From NCBI GenBank assembly GCA_965228475.1, contig OZ245817.1:4704001-4768000 (forward strand): DNA of 64,000 nt, read 5' to 3'. Shown here piece after piece: positions 18,309 to 27,211 of this stretch. A program made the translations under genes and the position numbers. A model generated the notes under the pieces. The model had not been told where the DNA came from. It saw only the letters and a program-made list of their open reading frames with translations, and did no database searches. The stretch's first letter is position 1. Each line of letters begins with the position of its first letter. The DNA is from Myxococcota bacterium (lineage in GTDB: Bacteria; Myxococcota_A; UBA9160; JAFDDA01).

Positions 18309-19109
18309 GTGCTGCACCCGAGCGATGCCTTCGTCTACCCGTTCTTCTACACCGCGGCCCGCCGGGATTGGCAGAGCGAGCCGCCGCGCACCAACATGCG
18401 CGACGCCCTGGCGGTGATCGAGATCCAGTCCGCCCTGCTCGAGCTCGGCCTCGCGCGGCCGGGGGAGACGATCCTGAACATGCCGCCGAAGAAAGCCCCC
18501 CGCTCCCTCCTCCCGTGGGAGCAGTGCTACGAGATCGATCTCTCCTTCGTCCGGCCCGGCGGGATGCTGCTCGCCTGCACGCGTCCGCCGATCAGCGACT
18601 GGAACGAGTGGGAGGAAGACCGCAAGAAGGTCGAGGCCGGGAACACGCGGCTCGAGCGGCGCATCTTCTTCGAGTTCATCAAGTACCTCCCGACCTGCTG
18701 CCGCTCGCACCTGCTCGTCTCCGAGGCCATCGCGGCGGTGCTCGACGAGCCCTTCCGCAACCGCCGCGAGAGCGTGATCGCCCAGAAGAACCCGAGCCGT
18801 TACCTGCACTTGAACGGTGACGACGGCTGGAGCCCGGCGGGCAAAGACGCGCGCTCGCCCGTCTTCGGCATCAACACGCGCGCCCTCTACGAGGACGGCC
18901 CGGGCCTCTACTGCTTCTTCGGGATGGACTCGATCTCGACCCTCGCCTGGGCCTGGAAGGTCCGTCACGAGATGCCGCACCTGCTCGAGAAGCCCGGCTT
19001 CTCGTTCTTCGAGCTGATCCCGGGTGCGCTTCCCGAGCGCCCGACGGACCACCGCTGGGCCGCGGACTGGGGCATCGAATGCGTGGTGGAGGGCCAGCTT
19101 CCCTACTGA
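18309..19109 (+). CDS. Hypothetical protein (orphan, 266 aa)
   Basis: GTG after GAGG RBS, GC3-rich coding pattern, natural amino-acid composition; no family recognised. Confidence 0.75.
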   Translation: MLHPSDAFVYPFFYTAARRDWQSEPPRTNMRDALAVIEIQSALLELGLARPGETILNMPPKKAPRSLLPWEQCYEIDLSFVRPGGMLLACTRPPISDWNEWEEDRKKVEAGNTRLERRIFFEFIKYLPTCCRSHLLVSEAIAAVLDEPFRNRRESVIAQKNPSRYLHLNGDDGWSPAGKDARSPVFGINTRALYEDGPGLYCFFGMDSISTLAWAWKVRHEMPHLLEKPGFSFFELIPGALPERPTDHRWAADWGIECVVEGQLPY

Positions 19110-19204
19110 GCCCGAGAAACTTTCGGCCCGAAACGAAATCGCCGGAGTCGATGGCAGGTTCCGTTCGTACCACCACGCACGCCGCTGCGGAAAGGAGAAC
19201 GAAC

Positions 19205-19984
19205 ATGAGCCGAGACACGCGAGACCGGAAGCGGGCGCGGATGCGCAAGAAGGTCAACGCCGAGCCCGATCCGACGGAGGAAGAACGCAACTGGGCCTTC
19301 GTCGAGCGCTGCGTCGGGACGCCGGGAGTGCGCACGCTCTACCTCTGGGGCCCGCCCGGGACGGGCAAGAGCCACGCCGCCTTCCACGCGGGCGGCACCG
19401 GGCGCGGCGTCTACGCCATCGCCCTGACGGAGGAGACGCCGGCCGCGGAGCTGCGCGGTTTCTTCCGGCCCGACGAGCGGGGCATGGTCTGGCAGGACGG
19501 CCCCATGGTGATGGCCATGCGCGAAGGGGCGCGGCTCGTGATCAACGAGCTCGGCCACGCCGGCCCGGACGTACTCGCCCTGCTCTATCCGGTGCTCGAG
19601 AGCGTCGACACCGCCCGCATCACGCTCCCGACGGGCGAAACCGTCGCACCCGCCGAGGGTTTCTCCTGCATCGCCACGAGCAACGACCCGCCGAACACGC
19701 TGCCCCTGGCCCTGCGCGACCGCTTCGACGCCACGATCGAAGTGAACATGCCCCACCCCGCGGCCTTCGAGCGGCTCCCCGAGCACCTGCGCGGCCCCGC
19801 GAAGCAGACCTGGGGCCTCGGCGAGGATCGGCAGATCTCCGTACGCGGCTGGCTCGCCATCGCGCGGCTCGAGCCGGAGTTCGGGCTGCGCGACGCCTGC
19901 CGCGCGGTCTTCGGCAACGAGCGGGGAGCCCGGGTCTTCGAGGGGCTCGAGCTTCGCCAGCTGAGCTTCGAAGGGGGGGCGTGA
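19205..19984 (+). CDS. MoxR/CbbQ/CobS-like AAA+ ATPase
   Basis: Walker A GPPGTGKS, WQDGP, Walker B variant LVINEL, sensor I IATSN, Arg finger ALRDRF, sensor II ISVR; AAGGAG RBS. Confidence 0.9.
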   Translation: MSRDTRDRKRARMRKKVNAEPDPTEEERNWAFVERCVGTPGVRTLYLWGPPGTGKSHAAFHAGGTGRGVYAIALTEETPAAELRGFFRPDERGMVWQDGPMVMAMREGARLVINELGHAGPDVLALLYPVLESVDTARITLPTGETVAPAEGFSCIATSNDPPNTLPLALRDRFDATIEVNMPHPAAFERLPEHLRGPAKQTWGLGEDRQISVRGWLAIARLEPEFGLRDACRAVFGNERGARVFEGLELRQLSFEGGA

Positions 19985-19985
19985 G

Positions 19986-21422
19986 ATGGGTGGGTTCAAG
20001 GCGCCGGGGGACGTCCTCCCCCCGCTTCGCCCGGAGCGCTCCGAGGTCGAAGCGTCCCGCTACGCCCCCTACCCGGAGATCGCCTGCCCGGGGCCCCGGT
20101 GGAGGGTGATCGACTCGACGGGCCGCACGGATCTCCCGAGCATCGGGGTCACGGACATGGAGAACCGCGTCATCTACACCCCGCTGCGGGCCGACGGCGT
20201 CGAGGTCTCCACCCACGAGCTCGGCCACGTGCTGTTCTCGCCGCCGAAGCTCCCGAAGGTCCGCTTCCCGCAGATCCTCCTGATGGCGGTGGAGGACGCG
20301 CGGGTGAACCTCGCCCTGGCCGCCGCGGGGCGCGCACTGCACTTCGACGCCGAGCGCTCGGCGGAGATCCGGCTGCGCGGCACCCACGATCTCAAGCGCG
20401 GCGAGTTCCACGTCTTCCTGCTCCGGCTCGTGGCCTCCCTCGGGACGGGCGAGGCGCCGGTCCTCTTCGAGGAGCTTGCCTCGGCCCCGGCGGAGGCGGA
20501 GCACTGGGTCGAGGGCTGGGTGACGGCGGTCGAGACCCGGCTCGAGCGCGCACGGGTTCGTTCCGGCAAGCCGGTGGCGCCATTCCCTGTGGCGCTGCGC
20601 ATCGCGCGGGATCTCGCCCGGAACTTCGACGCGTGCGCCCTGCTCGACGAAGCGCTCCGCGTCCCCGGGCAGTCCTGCTGCGTCGCGGACACCACCGGGG
20701 TCGAAGAGCGCGGCGCGCGGCGGCGCCCGCGCTTCCTGGCCGACCTGCCGGAGGAGGGCGGCGCCCCGGGGCCCTACGACAAGCCGGGCGTCCGGCCCGG
20801 AAAGCTGCGGGTGACCGAGGCGCCGATGCCCCTCGGTCGAACCGCGCGCCCGCTCCCGATGGGGCGCCGGTACCGCCCGGCGACGGAGGGCTGCCACGTG
20901 GCGCGGCCCCACCGCTGGGCGCTCGACCGCGCCATCTTCCGCCGGGCCGTGCGCGCCCGCGGCGGCACCGTGCTGATCGACGTCTCGGGCAGCATGCGCC
21001 TCTCGGCCGAGATGGTGCAGTCGCTCGTCGAGGCCTCGGGCGGCGCGGCGCTCGTCGCCATCTATTCGGGCCGCGCGCGGGAGGGCGAGCTCCGCATCGT
21101 CGCGCGCGGCGGACGGCGCGCGGCGGAGGAGGGGCTCGAGCCCTTCGGCAACGGCAACATCGTCGACCTCCCGGCCCTCGAGTGGCTCGGCCGCCAGCAC
21201 GAGCCGCGGATCTGGGTCTCCGACGGCGGCGTCACCGGGATGATGGACAAGAGCTCTCCCGAGATCCGCAAGCGCTGCGGGACGGTGGTGCGGCAGCACC
21301 GCATCCAGCAGGTCGCGGACTCCGGGGAGGCGGTGAAGCGCCTCGCGGCGAGCGGCCGGGGAACCGCGAGCTCCGGAAAGGCGAAGAAGCGGCGCGCACC
21401 GAGCCCCGAGCTCGAGTTCTAG
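19986..21422 (+). CDS. Metallopeptidase-like (HExxH) + vWA domain protein, AAA partner
   Basis: HELGH (20214-20228) followed by VEDARVN; MIDAS LIDVSGSM (DVSGS at 20979-20993) and WVSDG. Confidence 0.82.
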   Translation: MGGFKAPGDVLPPLRPERSEVEASRYAPYPEIACPGPRWRVIDSTGRTDLPSIGVTDMENRVIYTPLRADGVEVSTHELGHVLFSPPKLPKVRFPQILLMAVEDARVNLALAAAGRALHFDAERSAEIRLRGTHDLKRGEFHVFLLRLVASLGTGEAPVLFEELASAPAEAEHWVEGWVTAVETRLERARVRSGKPVAPFPVALRIARDLARNFDACALLDEALRVPGQSCCVADTTGVEERGARRRPRFLADLPEEGGAPGPYDKPGVRPGKLRVTEAPMPLGRTARPLPMGRRYRPATEGCHVARPHRWALDRAIFRRAVRARGGTVLIDVSGSMRLSAEMVQSLVEASGGAALVAIYSGRAREGELRIVARGGRRAAEEGLEPFGNGNIVDLPALEWLGRQHEPRIWVSDGGVTGMMDKSSPEIRKRCGTVVRQHRIQQVADSGEAVKRLAASGRGTASSGKAKKRRAPSPELEF

Positions 21423-23158
21423 AAGTCCTGGGGGATGGGGTGGGGAACCCCGTCGAGGACGGTTCCCCAGATCGGGACGTCGGCGAGACCCTCGGGCTCG
21501 ACCGCGTAGGGGTCCGCTTCGAGCACGGTGAAGTCGGCACGCTTGCCGGGCGCGAGCGTGCCGATCTCCTCCTCGAGCCCGAGGCTCCAGGCGGACTCCA
21601 CCGTGATGGCGCGCAGGGCCGCCTCGCGCGAGAGCCGCTCGCCCGGGCCCCACACCTTCCCGTCGCTCGCGACGCGCGTCATGGCGATGCTCGCGAGCCG
21701 CAGGGGCTCGGCGGGAGCCATCGGGTAGTCCGAGTGGAAGGAGGTGGCGACGCCCGCGCGCCCGAGCCCACCGAGGGGAGAGATCCGCGCCGCCCGCTCG
21801 GGACCGAGGCCGTGCTCGGCGTAGATCGGCGAGAGCTCGTGGGTATAGTAGGCGTTGTTCGAGACGGCCGCGCCGAGCTTCGCCACCCGCGCGTGCTGGT
21901 CCTCGCGGGCGAAGCCGTAGTGCTCGAGCACGACGCGCCGCTCGCCCGGCGTGCGGGCCTGCTCGGCTTCGAGCTGATCGAGCACGAGGTCGAGGCCGGC
22001 GTCCCCGTTCACGTGGACGTGGAGGTCCCAGCCCTTTCGCCAGAACGCCGCGAGCACCGCGGCCTGGGCTTCGGGCTCCATCATCCACTCGCCGTGGTGC
22101 CCGTCGAGGTAGCCGTCCCGCATCTGCATGAGCTGGCTGAAGATCGCGCCGTCCCCGTAGTACTTGGCATGACGCACGATGCGCACGCGGTCCGTCGAGA
22201 AGCGCAGGAGGCTCGCCGCCTCCCGTTCCGCGGCTTCCGCCGAGCCCGTCTCGCGCAGGAAGAACGTCGCATTCGGCACGAGGGCCAGGCGGAAGGGTGC
22301 GTCATGGAGCCGGAGCGCCAGGTGCAGCATCGCGAGCTCCCCGAACTTCGAGGCCTGGGGGAAGCCCATGTCGCCGACGGTGGTCAGGCCGCCGCGATGG
22401 ACCACGCGGATGAGCTGCTCGAGGCCGCGCAGATAGCGCCGCGGCTCGGTCAGGATCTTCACCATGGGCCGGCCGAGATCGAAGACCGCCGTCTCCCAGA
22501 GATGGCCGGCCTCCCAATCCGCGTGGGGGTGCGCGTCGAAGGCCGCGCGCTCGAGGCCGAGCCGGGCGAGCCCCGCGCCGTTGAAGAACATCTCGTGCAC
22601 CGAGCGTTGCCACACCAGCAGGGGGCGCTCGGGGGAGACCGCGTCGAGATCCGCGCGGGAGAGCTCGCCGTGGTAGGGGCGGTGGTAGCCCCAGACGAGG
22701 AGCCACTCGTCTCCCGCCCGGCCTTCCCGGGCGGCGACGAGCTCGCGCAGGCGGTCGAGAAAGGCCTCCCGCCCGCGGACCGCGCGGGTGCGTCCGGCCG
22801 GGGTGGTCCACTCCATGGCCGAGACGATCTCCATGCCGAGGATCGTGGCGCCGAGGGAAGGGTGGAGGTGCGGGTCGATGAACCCGGGCAGGATCACCTT
22901 GCCCGCGAAGCGGTCGTCGCGCTCGAAGGGGTCTTCGCCGAGCGCCGCTTCGACCTCGGCGAGGCTTCCGAGGGCCCGGATCCGTCCGCCTTCGACGGCG
23001 ATGGCCTCCGCCTTCGGCTGCCCGGGCTCCATCGTGTGGATGATGCTGGCTGTATAGAGCGTCGCCGGCGGATCCCCGCCACAGCCGAGGGCCAGCAAGG
23101 CGAGCACCGGCGCCAGGGATGCCCGCCATCCGCGCCGGAAACCGGCCGCGTGCGTCAT
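21419..23158 (-). CDS. Amidohydrolase family 3 (YtcJ-like) lipoprotein
   Basis: Lipobox LALGC; PGFIDPHLH, KYYGDG, HVHVNGD, LEH, HSDYP, GTLAPGKRADF. Confidence 0.9.
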   Translation of the reverse strand: MTHAAGFRRGWRASLAPVLALLALGCGGDPPATLYTASIIHTMEPGQPKAEAIAVEGGRIRALGSLAEVEAALGEDPFERDDRFAGKVILPGFIDPHLHPSLGATILGMEIVSAMEWTTPAGRTRAVRGREAFLDRLRELVAAREGRAGDEWLLVWGYHRPYHGELSRADLDAVSPERPLLVWQRSVHEMFFNGAGLARLGLERAAFDAHPHADWEAGHLWETAVFDLGRPMVKILTEPRRYLRGLEQLIRVVHRGGLTTVGDMGFPQASKFGELAMLHLALRLHDAPFRLALVPNATFFLRETGSAEAAEREAASLLRFSTDRVRIVRHAKYYGDGAIFSQLMQMRDGYLDGHHGEWMMEPEAQAAVLAAFWRKGWDLHVHVNGDAGLDLVLDQLEAEQARTPGERRVVLEHYGFAREDQHARVAKLGAAVSNNAYYTHELSPIYAEHGLGPERAARISPLGGLGRAGVATSFHSDYPMAPAEPLRLASIAMTRVASDGKVWGPGERLSREAALRAITVESAWSLGLEEEIGTLAPGKRADFTVLEADPYAVEPEGLADVPIWGTVLDGVPHPIPQDF

Positions 23159-23925
23159 TCGCCGCCGCCGAGCCGGCGCTGGGCGCGGGCGCGCAGCTCG
23201 GCGACCGCCTCGTAGGCCCGGTCGCGGAGGGAGTGGCGGTCTTCGTAGCCGAGGCCCTCGACGGGAATCGGCGCGCCGACCTCGATCGCGACGGGACCCC
23301 GGTGCAGACGCACCGTCTCCGGCGGCCAGACCTCGCGGCTCCCGGCGATCGCGACGGGCAGGACCGGCAGCCGATCCGTGAGCGCCGTGACGAAGGCGCC
23401 CATCTTGAAGGGAAGGAGCTCGTCCTTTCGGGAGCGCGTGCCCTCGGCGAAGAAGAGCACGGAGACCTCGGGCGGCCGCTCGGCCATGAGCTTCTTCAGG
23501 CGCTTCACGTCCTCACCGGTGCGGCTGCGTTCGACGCGCACGTTCCCCGTGAGGCGCAGCGCCTGGCCGAGGACCGGGATGTCCATGAACTGTTCCTTGG
23601 CGACGGCGCGGATCACGAGCTGCGGGAGCGCGGCGAGGAGCGCGACCGGATCCCAGTTGCCTTCGTGGTTCGCCACGACGACGTAGGCCTGGCCCGCGGC
23701 GATCCGTTCCTCGCCGTGGGTCACGAGCCTCGTGCCCGCCATGCGGACGCAGAGTTTCGCCGCCGCGACGTAGACCCGGTGCACGGCCCGCGCCGACGCG
23801 CCGGCCAGCGCCGCCGCGATCGCCACGAGGCTCAGGAAGAAGAGCGCCGTCGGAAGGACGACGAGGGCGACGGCCGTCCGGAGCAGACCGTCGCTCGCGG
23901 GCCGGGAGCGGGGACGTTGCGACAC
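23155..23925 (-). CDS. 1-acyl-sn-glycerol-3-phosphate acyltransferase (PlsC family)
   Basis: NHEGNWD (HxxxxD), FFAEGTRS, PFKMGAF. Confidence 0.9.
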   Translation of the reverse strand: MSQRPRSRPASDGLLRTAVALVVLPTALFFLSLVAIAAALAGASARAVHRVYVAAAKLCVRMAGTRLVTHGEERIAAGQAYVVVANHEGNWDPVALLAALPQLVIRAVAKEQFMDIPVLGQALRLTGNVRVERSRTGEDVKRLKKLMAERPPEVSVLFFAEGTRSRKDELLPFKMGAFVTALTDRLPVLPVAIAGSREVWPPETVRLHRGPVAIEVGAPIPVEGLGYEDRHSLRDRAYEAVAELRARAQRRLGGGE

Positions 23926-24019
23926 GGAAGCCTCCGTTCGCCGCGAGTGTAACCCGGATGCCGGCCGGGCATCCGACCGGGGAATCCGGCGAGTCCGGCC
24001 GGATCCGAAGGAGAAGCCC

Positions 24020-24643
24020 ATGCGATCACGAACCCACGGCGCTCCGCTCGCACTCGGTGTGGTGCTTGCCCTCCTCACGATGGGAACGAGCGCCCTCCTC
24101 GCGATGGGAACGAGCGGAACGGCCGAGGCCGAAGCGCCCCTCGACGGCTTCGAACGTTTCGTCGGCCCGGGCGGGAGCTTCCACTTCGAAGGCGAGACCG
24201 CGCGGGACGGTCTCGCGCACCTCGGAAGCTGGTTCGTCCCGGCGGGCGAAGCCGCCGGCTTCCACCACGTCTACACCCAGCCCGAGGCCATCGCCGCCTA
24301 CCGCGAGACGGGCGTCTTCCCCGACGGTGCCGTGCTCTTGAAGGAGCTGCGCGGCTTCTCACGAGCGAACTACACGACGGGCAGCGACGTGGCATCCCCG
24401 TCGGCGCCGACCCAGTGGTTCCTCATGGTGAAGGATGCCGAGGGGCGGAATGCCGAGAACCCGCTCTGGCGGGAAGGCTGGGGCTGGGCGCTCTTCAAGG
24501 CGGACGCGCCGGGCAAGAACGTCGCGAAGGGCTTCGCGACCGACTGCCAGGGCTGCCACCTCCCCGCGCGCGCGACGGATTGGGTCTACGTGCAGGGCTA
24601 CCCGCGCCTCACGGCCGACTCCGCAGCTGAGCCTGGCCGCTAG
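24020..24643 (+). CDS. Cytochrome P460 family protein
   Basis: Signal peptide; FHHVY, FPDGAVLLKEL, MVKD, GWGWA, CQGCH heme motif near C-terminus, YPRL. Confidence 0.85.
   Translation: MRSRTHGAPLALGVVLALLTMGTSALLAMGTSGTAEAEAPLDGFERFVGPGGSFHFEGETARDGLAHLGSWFVPAGEAAGFHHVYTQPEAIAAYRETGVFPDGAVLLKELRGFSRANYTTGSDVASPSAPTQWFLMVKDAEGRNAENPLWREGWGWALFKADAPGKNVAKGFATDCQGCHLPARATDWVYVQGYPRLTADSAAEPGR
24068..24115 (+). repeat. 24-bp tandem duplication in the P460 signal peptide
   Basis: GCCCTCCTCACGATGGGAACGAGC followed by GCCCTCCTCGCGATGGGAACGAGC (1 mismatch). Confidence 0.85.
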
Positions 24644-25575
24644 TGGGCGCCGACGTCCTCAGCGAGGTGCTCACGGCTCTCGAGCTCTCGGCCGTTCCGT
24701 GGTTCCGCGCGGAGCTCCACCACCCGTTCGGCGTCGCCGTCCCGCCCGGCGCCGAGGGTGGGGACGGCGCCATCCGGTTCCACGTCGCGATGGAGAACGA
24801 CTGCACGATCGCCGTCGGCGAAGACGAACCGCTGCGCTTTCATGCGGGAGATCTCGTCCTCGTTCCGGGTGGGGCGAGCCATGTCCTCTCCGACTCACCC
24901 GGACGCGCCTCTACACCTTTGGCCGAGGCCCTCGCGGGCGCGCGCTTCGACGGGATCGGTCCGATCACGCTCGGCGAAGGCCGCGATCGGACCGTCGTCG
25001 TCTGCGGTGAGTTCCGCTTCGCGAACGAGGCGCTCCATCCCTTCGTCGCTTCCCTGCCGTCGTTGCTCCACCTCCCCGCCGAGGAGGGAACGGGCTACGG
25101 CTGGGTGGAGAGCCTGCTGGAACACCTCGAGCGCGAGGCCCGCCACCAGCGGACGGGCCACGTCGAAGTCATCCGCCGGATCGCCGAGATCCTGCTCATC
25201 GAAGTCTTTCGCGCCCGCGCCGACGACCCGGAGCTCGGCGCGCTCTCCGCGCTCGCGGACCCGCAGCTCCGCCGCGCCCTCGAGGCCATCCACGCCCAGC
25301 CCGAGGCGGACTGGCGCCTCGAACAGCTCGCGCGGATCGCCGGGCAGTCGCGCACGGTCTTCGCCGAGCGGTTCCGGGCGCGCGTCGGCGTCGCGCCGAT
25401 GAAGTACCTCACCGGCTGGCGGATGCAGAAGGCGCGCCGCCTGCTCGCCGAGTGTGACGAGCCGGTAGGCTGGGTGGCCCAGCGCGTCGGGTACGGCTCG
25501 GAGTCCGCCTTCAACCGGGCCTTCCGGGAACACTTCGGCGTTCCACCCGGAACCTGGCGCCGGAGCGCCGCCTAG
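24643..25575 (+). CDS. AraC family regulator with Cupin_6 domain (RclR-like)
   Basis: N-terminal DVLSEVL...FHV, GDLVL, VVCG; C-terminal double HTH WRLEQLARIAGQSRTVFAERF...GYGSESAFNRAF. Confidence 0.9.
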   Translation: MGADVLSEVLTALELSAVPWFRAELHHPFGVAVPPGAEGGDGAIRFHVAMENDCTIAVGEDEPLRFHAGDLVLVPGGASHVLSDSPGRASTPLAEALAGARFDGIGPITLGEGRDRTVVVCGEFRFANEALHPFVASLPSLLHLPAEEGTGYGWVESLLEHLEREARHQRTGHVEVIRRIAEILLIEVFRARADDPELGALSALADPQLRRALEAIHAQPEADWRLEQLARIAGQSRTVFAERFRARVGVAPMKYLTGWRMQKARRLLAECDEPVGWVAQRVGYGSESAFNRAFREHFGVPPGTWRRSAA

Positions 25576-25708
25576 CCGCTCGCCCCGGCTCCGCGCTTCC
25601 GGACGATCGGGCAAGTCCCGCGAACGCCGGCGCGGCTCCCGCGCCTTGGCACCGCATCGAACTCTCCACAACGAACCGGCCCCACCCGGGCCGGAAGGAG
25701 AGAAGAAG

Positions 25709-26206
25709 ATGAATCACGATCGAACCGTTTCCCGGAACGCTTTCGCCGCACTCGGCGCGCTGCTCTTCGCCTTCGCGATGCCGGCCGCCGCCGAGGACGA
25801 GCAGAACCTCTCGCTCGGACTGACCGCCGAGGGAAAGCCCCTCGCCATGCACGGCTACGACCCCGTGGCCTACTTCACGCTCGGCGCGCCGACCCTCGGC
25901 AGCGCCGCGCACGCCGTCGTCCACGAGGGTGCGACCTACTACTTTGTGAGTGAGGACCACGCCAAGCGCTTCCGGAAGTCGCCGGCGAAGTACGCGCCCC
26001 AGTTCGGCGGCTACTGCGCCTTCGGCGTCTCCGTCGGCAAGAAGTTCGACGCGGACCCGCGCTTCTGGGCGGTTTCCGACGGGCGGCTCTTCCTGAACCT
26101 GAATGCGGACATCGCGAAGATGTTCCAGAAGGACGTGCCCGGCGCCGTCGCCAAGGCCGACGGCCAGTGGCGGAAGATCGAGCGCAAGGCGGTCGGCGCG
26201 CTCTAG
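25709..26206 (+). CDS. YHS-domain periplasmic protein
   Basis: Signal peptide; GYDPVAYF, YYFVS, KYAPQFGGYCAFGV, DGRLFLN. Confidence 0.85.
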   Translation: MNHDRTVSRNAFAALGALLFAFAMPAAAEDEQNLSLGLTAEGKPLAMHGYDPVAYFTLGAPTLGSAAHAVVHEGATYYFVSEDHAKRFRKSPAKYAPQFGGYCAFGVSVGKKFDADPRFWAVSDGRLFLNLNADIAKMFQKDVPGAVAKADGQWRKIERKAVGAL

Positions 26207-26227
26207 GCGCCCCGCGCTTCGGCACGA

Positions 26228-26260
26228 ATCCCACCCGGGCCTCGGCGGCTCGGGTGGGAT
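26228..26260. terminator. Hairpin between convergent genes (possible bidirectional terminator)
   Basis: ATCCCACCCGGGCC-TCGGC-GGCTCGGGTGGGAT, 14-bp stem with one G:U pair. Confidence 0.6.
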
Positions 26261-26279
26261 CTCGTTTCGCGCTTCCCGC

Positions 26280-27167
26280 TCACGCCCCGGGCGCGAGCGC
26301 CTCGAGCACGGCCAGGTCGTTGCCGAAGGCGGCGTCCGGCCGGATCGGCTGGATGCAGACGTGGGTGGCGCCCGCGTCGTGATGCTCCTGGATCCGCGCC
26401 CGCAGGGCATCCTCGTCGCCCCAGGCGACGATCGCGTCGACGAGCCGGTCGCTCGGCGCCGCCGGATCCGCCCAGTCCGAATCTTCGAAGCCGAGCTCTC
26501 GCAGGTTGTTCTGGTAGTTCGGCGCGCGCAGGTAGATCGCCATGGCGTTGCGGGCGGCGGCGCGAGCGCGCTCCGGATCGGTCTCGAGGATGACCTTCTG
26601 CTCCGGGCAGAGCCAGGCGTCCGGGCCCATGCGCTCGCGTGCGCGGCGCGTGTGCTCGGGGGTCACGAAGTAGGGATGCGCTCCGCGCACGCGGGTGGCC
26701 GCGAGCTTGAGCATGAGCGGCCGCAGCGCGGCCAGCACGATCGGGGCATCCTCCTCGGGCGGGCGCGCCATGAAGATCGCCTTCTCCATCGCATCGAGGT
26801 ACTCGCGCATGGCCGGCACGGGCTTCTTGTACTCGTGGCCGCGGGCGTTCGAGACGAGATGCTTGTGCGAGACCCCGATGCCGAGAACGAAGCGCCCGGA
26901 CGCGAGCGACGACATCGTCTTGTGGATGGCCTTCATGGTCATCGGATCGCGCGCGTAGATGTTGGCGATGCCGGTGCAGAGCACGAGCTTCTCGGTGTTC
27001 GCGGCCAGGTAGCCGAGCGTCGCGAAGGGATCGAGGCCCACGGCCTCCGGAATCCACAGCGCGGAGTACCCCCAGCGCTCGATCTGCTGCGCGAAGGCCA
27101 CGCTCTCCTCGGGCGAGTTCCCGTCGAGCGCCGCCCAGACTCCGAGCTTTCCGATCTCCGTGGCCAT
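26280..27167 (-). CDS. LLM class F420-dependent oxidoreductase (TIGR03620-like)
   Basis: GKLGVW, GYSALWIPE, TGIANIYARDP, GRFVLGIGVSH, GAHPYFVTPEHT, AGATHVCIQ. Confidence 0.88.
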   Translation of the reverse strand: MATEIGKLGVWAALDGNSPEESVAFAQQIERWGYSALWIPEAVGLDPFATLGYLAANTEKLVLCTGIANIYARDPMTMKAIHKTMSSLASGRFVLGIGVSHKHLVSNARGHEYKKPVPAMREYLDAMEKAIFMARPPEEDAPIVLAALRPLMLKLAATRVRGAHPYFVTPEHTRRARERMGPDAWLCPEQKVILETDPERARAAARNAMAIYLRAPNYQNNLRELGFEDSDWADPAAPSDRLVDAIVAWGDEDALRARIQEHHDAGATHVCIQPIRPDAAFGNDLAVLEALAPGA

Positions 27168-27211
27168 TCCGACTCCTTCTTGATCGACACTTTTCGATCG
27201 ACGCTTCCCGA

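Noticed and set aside
17240..21422. Prophage or integrative element around the AAA-vWA genes
   Set aside because: No integrase, terminase, structural or replication genes and no flanking direct repeats seen; codon usage looks host-like.
25709..26206. Second selenoprotein (YHS family has Sec members)
   Set aside because: The corresponding position is a TGC Cys codon (GGYCAFG) and there is no in-frame TGA.
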